In this document: positions 57,409 through 64,000 of the stretch, one piece after another
Layout of the letters: every line of letters begins with the position of its first letter
How positions within the stretch are numbered: position 1 is the stretch's first letter
DNA from: an uncultured archaeon
Lineage (GTDB): Archaea > Nanohalarchaeota > Nanosalinia > Nanosalinales > Nanosalinaceae
DNA length: 64,000 bases
Direction: 5' to 3'
NCBI GenBank assembly: GCA_964421955.1
Contig: CAYQYU010000005.1
Span: 1 to 64,000, forward strand
The notes under the pieces: generated by a model
Told to the model about the DNA's origin: nothing
The model's input: only the letters and a program-made list of their open reading frames with translations
Databases searched by the model: none
Position numbers and translations under genes: made by a program

Positions 57409-58521
57409 ATGGAAGATCAGATTAAACAAGCACAGCGGAACAGTTCTGGATCAGTGCCACAGTCGAAAGGACAAAACCACGAGATAGACGAGGAACTTGA
57501 AGAACTTATAGAACAGCGCAAGGCTGAAATCAAGGTTATCGGTTCTGGCGGAGCAGGAAACAATACTATATCCCGGCTCGTCGAGGTCGGGATCGAGGGC
57601 TGCGAAACCATCGCGATGAATACGGATGCGCAGGACCTCCTGTACGCGAACGCGGATAGAAAAGTCCTGATTGGTAAAGAACTCACCGGGGGACTGGGGG
57701 CCGGAGCCGACCCAAAGGTCGGAGAAGAAAGCGCAAAAGAATCCCAGCAGAAGGTCAAAGATGCTGTATCCGGCGCGGATATGGTCTTCATCACCTGCGG
57801 ACTCGGAGGCGGAACAGGAACAGGTTCGGCACCAGTAATCGCACAGCAGGCGAAGAAAGAAGGCGCGTTAACAGTTGGTATCGTCACCCTTCCGTTCGAG
57901 ATGGAAGGTCAGGCCCGAAAGGATAATGCGGAGTACGGCCTTGAAATGCTCGAGGAAACAGTTGACACTCTAATCGTAATTCCAAACGACAAGCTTCTTG
58001 AGATTGTTCCAGACGTCTCACTCAATACAGCTTTCAAGATCGCGGACGAGATACTGGTCAACGCTGTCAAAGGCGTCACGGAACTCGTGACCAAGCCCGG
58101 ACTCGTCAACCTCGACTTCGCTGACATTAGAGCGGTAATGGGAGAGGGAGGCATCGCGATGATTGGAATGGGTCAATCCGACACCGATTCCCGGGCGCAG
58201 GAGGCAGTCCAGAAAGCGTTAAGCAACCCCCTGCTCGATGTCGAGATAACCGGCGGTAAAGGAGCCCTAGTAAACGTCACAGGTGGAACATCGCTCTCAC
58301 TCAACGAGGCTCAGGAGGTCGTTAACACAGTCTCCGACAGGCTGGACGACTCGGCGAAAGTTATCTGGGGCGCACAGATCAGGGAGGACATGGACTCCTC
58401 GCTACAGGCAATGATCATCGTCACAGGAGTCTCGTCACCACAGATTTACGGCCCCGACAAGACGCACAGCGACGAGTACGAGGACGAGATCGAGAAGGAG
58501 CTCGGTGTAGAGTTTATCTAG
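57409..58521 (+). CDS. ftsZ: Cell division protein FtsZ
   Basis: GGAGNN, NTDAQDL, GLGGGTGTG, NLDFADI. Confidence 0.97.
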   Translation: MEDQIKQAQRNSSGSVPQSKGQNHEIDEELEELIEQRKAEIKVIGSGGAGNNTISRLVEVGIEGCETIAMNTDAQDLLYANADRKVLIGKELTGGLGAGADPKVGEESAKESQQKVKDAVSGADMVFITCGLGGGTGTGSAPVIAQQAKKEGALTVGIVTLPFEMEGQARKDNAEYGLEMLEETVDTLIVIPNDKLLEIVPDVSLNTAFKIADEILVNAVKGVTELVTKPGLVNLDFADIRAVMGEGGIAMIGMGQSDTDSRAQEAVQKALSNPLLDVEITGGKGALVNVTGGTSLSLNEAQEVVNTVSDRLDDSAKVIWGAQIREDMDSSLQAMIIVTGVSSPQIYGPDKTHSDEYEDEIEKELGVEFI

Positions 58522-58540
58522 AACTCCTGGAGGCCAGAAC

Positions 58541-58789
58541 ATGGTCCTGGATATCATACTGCCGGCAGCCTTTGTATCTTTCTTTCTACTCGCTCTTCTA
58601 CTCGGAGCTATAGAGTTACTGGGAAAGGTTTACGGCACATTCCGCTGCCTTGTGAGAGATGATCTGAGTTCAGAGCAGAGGCTAATTTACCTGCTGTTGA
58701 TCTGGTTCGTACCCCTGGGCTGGCTGATCTACCTGTTACTGGGTGAGGAAAAGACGGGAGAGCTCTTCTCCACCGTCGAATTCCTCTAG
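58541..58789 (+). CDS. Small membrane protein (PLDc N-terminal-like)
   Basis: QRLIYLLLIWFVPLGWLIYLLLG pattern. Confidence 0.7.
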   Translation: MVLDIILPAAFVSFFLLALLLGAIELLGKVYGTFRCLVRDDLSSEQRLIYLLLIWFVPLGWLIYLLLGEEKTGELFSTVEFL

Positions 58790-58825
58790 GGAAAACTTTT
58801 AATCGGTCTATCAAAATGGATTTAT

Positions 58826-61006
58826 ATGAATCTAAGAAGTTCTCTGGTATTTTTGACAGTTCTCGTGCTTTTCTCAGGTCTTTCTGCCGCAGCTCCCATA
58901 CTTGACAGCTGGCACGAGGCAGACCGGGACCGGAACGGCAGGGTGTCAGAGAACGATCTTGGAGCATACCCTGACTACTGGTCGGCTTCAACCGACATCT
59001 ACAGTAGCTACGATGACCGGCTGAGATATGACTACAACTGTGACAAAGAATATGACAGTGAGGACCGTTCTCGGCTTGAAAATTACCTCGACGAGCCGGA
59101 GAAATACAGTATAAGCACATGTGACTATGACCATGACGGAATCTACTACCCCGAGGAGTTCAACAGTTCCGAAACTTACCCCGAGACAGGTCTGGTCAAC
59201 GGCGCAGTTAATTACGAGATATTGACTGGGCCTTCTTATCTTGTCCAGCCCCAGGAAACTTTCTCGGTTGAGTTTGCAGTTGAGAGGGTCGAATCTCCTA
59301 ACCAGAACCAGCAGGTTTCCGCGGTAGCCGGCATAGTTCCTGAATCGAGTTTCGGGAGCTCTCTGGAAAATTTTGACTCCGGTAAAGAGATTGCCGATTT
59401 TGAGAGGAGATTGAAGCCGGATGATAGAAGGTTATTTGGAAAGACCAGAGTAAGCGCCCAGGACCTGGGATCAGGAATCCATTACCTTGTAATGGGCCAG
59501 GAGACCGATAACAACGGTATAGAGGTTATAGCAGCCAGGAAATTCAGGGTATCTGAGATCGGTCTGGGGAGATGCAGATACGTTTCAAGCTCTGAGACAG
59601 GAGAAAACCCGGGAGTAAAGCTCCATGTTTACCACCCCTCCAGCAGCTCCAGCAGAGCGGTTTTATACGCCTATGCAAAAGACAACGAGAGCGAGGAGAA
59701 ATCATACTTTGTTGAGAGAGCGCACCAGATTGAAACCTCGTCAGGGATGAGGGAAATTACCTCCAACTCCTGGGAGATGGAGAGCGATCTGGGTGGCAGG
59801 AAAGAGGTGATAGTCGAGGTCGACACCCCGGGAACAGTATTGCGCAAAAGCTGCGGATTCCACACCTTTTCGGGAGATCAGGGCGAAACAGATATCCCCG
59901 AGGCTGATTTCGAGTACGCCCCGGAAACTCCGGAAGTGGGAGAGGAAATCCATTTCGACTCGACATCCTACGGAAAAACCCCTGATCCTATCAAAAGATA
60001 CCAGTGGGATCTGGATGGCGATGGAGAATTCACTACAGAAGAAGGTTCGGAGAGTTCCACGACCTGGAGATACGAAACCCCTGGAAGAAAAACGGTGACG
60101 CTAAAGGTAACTACAGAGCACGGGGACTCGGACATGGTGAGGAAAATAATCAGTTTGAGAGAATCAGCAGTAGAAAGGTCCAGGAATCCAGATAATCTTA
60201 TCCAGAGATGTAGATGGAACCGTGAAACTCTGAATTCTCCCTCCCGGGTAGTTCTGGGGGACTCCAGCTACAACTCACTGAAAGTCGTCTGGAAATCTGG
60301 AGGAAGAACTATTGCAACAGAATACGGGAGACCTGGAAGCGAGCTGAGCACAGTCCCTGACACCGGAGGTTTTTCAACCGGCGAACACGACCTCAAAGTG
60401 GTCGTTAGAACCGATAACCGTACAGGAGATTCTGACAGGCAACTGGCGGAAAAAGACTGTGGACGATTCAAAGTTCGAGAAGACGGAACACCGGGTGATG
60501 GATCGGCAGCACTCAGGATATCGAAAGACGAAGTGCGCCAGGGTTCAAACCTGATCCTGAGTGTAAATGTTGAGAACTCCGGACACATCCTGAGAATAAA
60601 GGATTCTTCGGGAGAAACAGTAAGAAGATACAGGGCAAACCAGAACGGGAGATTCAATTTCGAAGTACCTGAAGACGCGGAAACAGGAAAGTACACTGCA
60701 GCCCTCAAGAGAGACAGGAGAGGGAATCCGCTCGGATCAGTCCTGGATCTTATAACAGGTAACGTGGCCCGGGAAACATTTACTGTAGTAAAGAACCAGG
60801 TTGCCTGGAAGCAGAACTGCCAGGAAAATGGCTACACAACCGAAGGAATCCAGGGACAGATAAGCTGTATACAGGAAGATATTATCCCGAGATGCTTCGA
60901 GAATCCTGTATCGGAAAATTGCCAGAGAATAGGGCAGAGTCTCTGCCAGGACCTCCTGGACTATAACTACGACAGGGAAGCGCTGGTCTGCACCCCGGGC
61001 AGGTAG
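58826..61006 (+). CDS. Large secreted protein with a dockerin-like Ca-binding pair and a PKD domain
   Basis: Signal peptide; DRDRNGRVSENDL and YDYNCDKEYDSED; PKD motif YQWDLDGDG...YETPGRKTVTLKVT; Cys-rich C-terminus. Confidence 0.8.
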   Translation: MNLRSSLVFLTVLVLFSGLSAAAPILDSWHEADRDRNGRVSENDLGAYPDYWSASTDIYSSYDDRLRYDYNCDKEYDSEDRSRLENYLDEPEKYSISTCDYDHDGIYYPEEFNSSETYPETGLVNGAVNYEILTGPSYLVQPQETFSVEFAVERVESPNQNQQVSAVAGIVPESSFGSSLENFDSGKEIADFERRLKPDDRRLFGKTRVSAQDLGSGIHYLVMGQETDNNGIEVIAARKFRVSEIGLGRCRYVSSSETGENPGVKLHVYHPSSSSSRAVLYAYAKDNESEEKSYFVERAHQIETSSGMREITSNSWEMESDLGGRKEVIVEVDTPGTVLRKSCGFHTFSGDQGETDIPEADFEYAPETPEVGEEIHFDSTSYGKTPDPIKRYQWDLDGDGEFTTEEGSESSTTWRYETPGRKTVTLKVTTEHGDSDMVRKIISLRESAVERSRNPDNLIQRCRWNRETLNSPSRVVLGDSSYNSLKVVWKSGGRTIATEYGRPGSELSTVPDTGGFSTGEHDLKVVVRTDNRTGDSDRQLAEKDCGRFKVREDGTPGDGSAALRISKDEVRQGSNLILSVNVENSGHILRIKDSSGETVRRYRANQNGRFNFEVPEDAETGKYTAALKRDRRGNPLGSVLDLITGNVARETFTVVKNQVAWKQNCQENGYTTEGIQGQISCIQEDIIPRCFENPVSENCQRIGQSLCQDLLDYNYDREALVCTPGR

Positions 61007-61012
61007 AAATAC

Positions 61013-61270
61013 ATGAACAAGACCATAGCTCTTCTGCTATCTGCCACGGTGATAGTGGTGGTCGCGATTCTGGTAATATCTATCGCATCAAGCTCCTTCG
61101 CGGGCCTTGACAGAGACACGGAAAATATCAAAGAAACCGGTAAATGCCAGTACCAGGCAAACCAGGCCGGAGAACCTGGCGAAGTCGACAGGGAATGTAT
61201 ACCATACATAGAGGATAGTGACCGGAGAGACCAGGCAATAGCAAGCAGCGCAGGAGTCCCTGTAAGATAG
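61013..61270 (+). CDS. Small exported protein, possibly pilin-like
   Basis: N-terminal hydrophobic helix and a Cys pair. Confidence 0.6.
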   Translation: MNKTIALLLSATVIVVVAILVISIASSSFAGLDRDTENIKETGKCQYQANQAGEPGEVDRECIPYIEDSDRRDQAIASSAGVPVR

Positions 61271-61318
61271 CATCTTCTCCGAGCGATATTTAATTAAGCC
61301 CCAGTTCGTACTGAATAC

Positions 61319-61513
61319 ATGGAACATATAATCTCGTATGCGAGGCAGAGGCTTCCAGAGATCCTTCTCGCCGTAACATTCTTCTTCGTACTCAGCGCCA
61401 TAGCATACGGGCTTACCGGCAGCCTTGCACTCTCGGCTGTCCTGTTCCTGCTCTCGCTTGCAATGCTCTACTGGAATCTGGAAAATCTGGCCCGCAACCC
61501 GGAAGACAGCTAG
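61319..61513 (+). CDS. Small two-TM membrane protein
   Basis: 64-aa hydrophobic ORF. Confidence 0.6.
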   Translation: MEHIISYARQRLPEILLAVTFFFVLSAIAYGLTGSLALSAVLFLLSLAMLYWNLENLARNPEDS

Positions 61514-61549
61514 CGATGACGAACTCCTTATAAAACTTGGCTATAATCT

Positions 61550-61618
61550 TCTGGTTACGAAAACCCGCTTGAACCACTTCTGGTGGGAGGGTCACGAGTC
61601 TGACTCCTTCTAGCCAGA
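61550..61618 (+). promoter_or_regulatory. Structured 5' leader with a candidate ribosomal protein L1-binding motif
   Basis: TATA-like CTTATAAAA near 61530; ACCC-GCTTGAA-CCAC-ttctg-GTGG-GA-GGGT (61563-61592) enclosed by TCTGGTTA/TAGCCAGA. Confidence 0.45.
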
Positions 61619-61640
61619 GCTACATGCAGGTTTAACAGGT

Positions 61641-61841
61641 ATGGACTTCAACCCGAAAAAGCTCAAGAACAAGGCCAGGAACAAGCTGAACGAGTACATC
61701 CGAGTGCTCAAGATTTCACGGAAGCCTGACCGCGAAGAGTTCGAGATGAGCGCAAAGATCACTGGCGCCGGGATCATCCTCGTCGGTGTGATTGGATTCC
61801 TGTTCTACCTGATGTCGAACCTGCTACCACAGTACCTGTAG
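61641..61841 (+). CDS. secE: Protein translocase SecE/Sec61 gamma
   Basis: EYIRVLKISRKPDREEF...GIILVGVIGF. Confidence 0.95.
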   Translation: MDFNPKKLKNKARNKLNEYIRVLKISRKPDREEFEMSAKITGAGIILVGVIGFLFYLMSNLLPQYL

Positions 61842-61844
61842 AAA

Positions 61845-62276
61845 ATGATAATCACCGCACGGACCACAAGAGGTCGAGAAAAGACTGCGATCAACGAGAT
61901 GAGGTCGAAGATCAAGAACAAGGACCTCGACGTCAGAGCAGTCTTCCACCCCGAAGAACTGAAGGGCTACATCTTCATCGAGGGCAAGGAAAGCGATGTA
62001 AAACAGCTCTCCAGCCAGATTCGACATCTGCGGGGCGTTATCGACGAGGAAGTCGGAGTAGACAAGATCGAGAAGTACCTGAGCGAGGAACAGGAAGACA
62101 TCAAGATCGAGGTCGGCGACACCGTTGAAGTAGTCGGAGGCGCGTTCAAGGGCGAGGAAGCCAAGGTCAATCGAGTCGACGAGACCAATCGCGAGGTCAC
62201 GATCGAATTACTTGATGCGGCCGTACCGATCCCGACTACAGTAGACGTGGACATGGTGCGGAAACAGTCAAGCTAA
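61845..62276 (+). CDS. spt5: Transcription elongation factor Spt5/NusG
   Basis: LKGYIFIE; KOW GDTVEVVGGAFKGE; AAVPIP. Confidence 0.95.
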   Translation: MIITARTTRGREKTAINEMRSKIKNKDLDVRAVFHPEELKGYIFIEGKESDVKQLSSQIRHLRGVIDEEVGVDKIEKYLSEEQEDIKIEVGDTVEVVGGAFKGEEAKVNRVDETNREVTIELLDAAVPIPTTVDVDMVRKQSS

Positions 62277-62288
62277 GGTGATAATAGA

Positions 62289-62792
62289 ATGAGCGACGAG
62301 AAAACAGTCTCAACATTAATCGAAGGCGGAAGTGCATCCGCAGGCCCACCGCTGGGTCCAGAACTCGCACCCATCGAGGGTGTGAACGTTGGAGAGGTAG
62401 TAAGTGCGATTAATGAGGCGACGGCCGAGTTCGAGGGAATGGAGGTTCCTGTTGACGTAATAGTCAACGAAGAGACGGGCGACTTCAGGATAGAGGTCGG
62501 CAAGCCTCCCGCAGCAGCGTTAATCAAGGACGAGCTCGGAATCGAATCCGGCTCTGGCGAGCCAAACATCAACAAGGTTGCGGACATGAGCTTCGCCCAG
62601 GCGTGTAAAGTCGCGAGGATGAAGGTCAGCGACCTGAACTCGCTGACGCTCAAGAGCGCGGTGAAGGAAATAATCGGAACAGCCGACTCCATGGGAATCA
62701 CCATCGATGAAAAAGACGCACGGGATGTGCAAAAGGAGATTGGAGACGGCGAATACGACGACGAACTAGAAAACGAGGAGGACATCGAATAA
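62289..62792 (+). CDS. rpl11: 50S ribosomal protein L11
   Basis: GGSASAGPPLGPEL, PPAAALIK, KEIIGTADSMG. Confidence 0.96.
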   Translation: MSDEKTVSTLIEGGSASAGPPLGPELAPIEGVNVGEVVSAINEATAEFEGMEVPVDVIVNEETGDFRIEVGKPPAAALIKDELGIESGSGEPNINKVADMSFAQACKVARMKVSDLNSLTLKSAVKEIIGTADSMGITIDEKDARDVQKEIGDGEYDDELENEEDIE

Positions 62793-62793
62793 A

Positions 62794-63420
62794 ATGGACT
62801 TCGAAACAGCATTAGAGAAGGCCAAGGAAGAAGCGAAGGATAGGAACTTCACTGAGTCAGTCGATATTATATTCAACTTCAGGGACCTCGACCTGGAGGA
62901 CGCGAGCAACCGTTTCAACGAGGATGTCAAGCTGCCCTACCAGGCAGATGAAGACGTAAAGATCGCGGTGATCGGCGACACGCTTGCAAAGAACGCCGAG
63001 AACGCGGATCTCGAGATTACAGAAGACGAGCTTGAAGATTACTACGACGATCCTTCAAAGGCGAAAGAACTCGCGGAAGAGTACTCCTTCCTGATCGCCG
63101 AGGCGCCGCTGATGCCCGAGATCGGGCAGCAGCTCGGGCAGGTGTTTGGTCCGCGGAACATGATGCCGGATCCAATGCCGCCAGGAAGCAACCCAACCGA
63201 CAGGATCGAATCGCTGAGAAACACTGTAACCATAAGACTGAAAGAAGATCCGCTGATCCAGCTGAAGGTCGGCAATTGCGACCAGGACGAAGATCAGGTA
63301 GCCAGAAACGCCAGCGCAGTTTACGATTTCATCGAGGGCGAACTTCCAAAAGGAGACAACAACATCAAGACGGTCCTTCTCAAGACAACGATGGGGCCGT
63401 CAGTGGAGGTGTCAAACTGA
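62794..63420 (+). CDS. rpl1: 50S ribosomal protein L1
   Basis: RNFTESVD, LGQVFGPRNMMP, KTTMGP. Confidence 0.96.
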   Translation: MDFETALEKAKEEAKDRNFTESVDIIFNFRDLDLEDASNRFNEDVKLPYQADEDVKIAVIGDTLAKNAENADLEITEDELEDYYDDPSKAKELAEEYSFLIAEAPLMPEIGQQLGQVFGPRNMMPDPMPPGSNPTDRIESLRNTVTIRLKEDPLIQLKVGNCDQDEDQVARNASAVYDFIEGELPKGDNNIKTVLLKTTMGPSVEVSN

Positions 63421-63470
63421 TGTCGAAAACAAGTTTTCTCGAATCAGCCATCACCAGAGGTGAAGCCTGA
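63420..63470 (+). CDS. Putative 16-aa mini-ORF between rpl1 and rpl10
   Basis: MSKTSFLESAITRGEA*; SD GGAGGTG at 63405-63411; TGATG overlaps at both ends. Confidence 0.35.
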   Translation: MSKTSFLESAITRGEA

Positions 63471-64000
63471 TGGTACAACCTGTCCCCAAACAGATGACCC
63501 GGGAGCAGAAGGAGGAGAAGGTTGAGGAGTTCAGGCAGAAGATCGAGGACTATCCGGTTATCGGAGTGCTCGATATGCAGAATCTCCCTTCCAGACAGCT
63601 CCAGGAAATGAAGAAGGAGATGAAGGATTTCGCGGACATCAAGATGTCCCGGAAGACCCTGATGAAGATCGCGATCGACAACGCGGACAAGAACGAGGTA
63701 GAGCAGCTAACCGAAAACAATGCCACACAGCCCGCATTCATATTCTCAAACAAGGATCCCTTCCAGCTCTACAAGCTTATCCAGGATAATAAAACAAGCG
63801 CTGCGGCACAGGGCGGAGAAATCGCTCCAGACGATATCGAGGTTCCCGAAGGAGACACGGGAATCGGACCCGGACCAATGCTTGGAAAACTACAGCAGGC
63901 AGGGCTCCAGGTACAGGTCGAGGAAGGCTCCATCCATGTCCAGAACGCAGGAGTAATTGTGGAAGAAGGAGACGTTATCGACGCGGACGACGCGGAAATA
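63470..64000 (+). CDS. rpl10: 50S ribosomal protein L10/P0 (partial, runs off the window)
   Basis: MVQPVPKQMTREQKEEKVEE...NLPSRQLQEMKK...MSRKTLM...GDTGIGPGP; SD GAGGTGA. Confidence 0.95.
   Translation, partial: MVQPVPKQMTREQKEEKVEEFRQKIEDYPVIGVLDMQNLPSRQLQEMKKEMKDFADIKMSRKTLMKIAIDNADKNEVEQLTENNATQPAFIFSNKDPFQLYKLIQDNKTSAAAQGGEIAPDDIEVPEGDTGIGPGPMLGKLQQAGLQVQVEEGSIHVQNAGVIVEEGDVIDADDAEI

Noticed and set aside
1-64000. CRISPR array or rRNA
   Set aside because: No regularly spaced 25-40 bp repeats and no long non-coding rRNA-like stretch. Almost all sequence is explained by ORFs.

Overview
Compact archaeal chromosome segment with a strongly acidic (D/E-rich) proteome, short intergenic spaces and archaeal informational genes (Hel308, LeuRS, Spt5, L11-L1-L10). 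By inference it comes from a salt-in nanohaloarchaeon (DPANN). Layout: (1) 1-2424, the AT-richer right end of a probable tRNA-integrated element (tyrosine recombinase C-terminus, aminopeptidase cargo, duplicated tRNA 3' end); (2) 2.4-10.8 kb, a thymidylate/folate cluster (tmk, NUDIX-MazG fusion, glyA, thyA, folC, folA); (3) 10.8-22.7 kb, a cell-surface locus; (4) 24-49 kb, Hel308, gluconeogenesis/glycolysis, NAD metabolism and a glycogen cluster; (5) 49-64 kb, hydrolases, two MinD genes around a pilin-like gene, leuS, slyD, ftsZ, a dockerin/PKD surface-protein insertion and the secE-spt5-L11-L1-L10 operon. The most striking part is (3): a SipW signal peptidase with five TasA-fold proteins (two plain subunits, a vWA-carrying subunit, a multidomain subunit with an apparent second internal donor strand, and a membrane-anchored subunit), punctuated by a repeated two-hairpin RNA element. 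It looks like a modular adhesive fibre system. Also notable are a candidate circularly permuted L1-binding site in the secE leader and a 16-codon mini-ORF linking rpl1 and rpl10. No CRISPR array, rRNA or complete tRNA was seen. All calls come from motif recognition by eye, not database searches.
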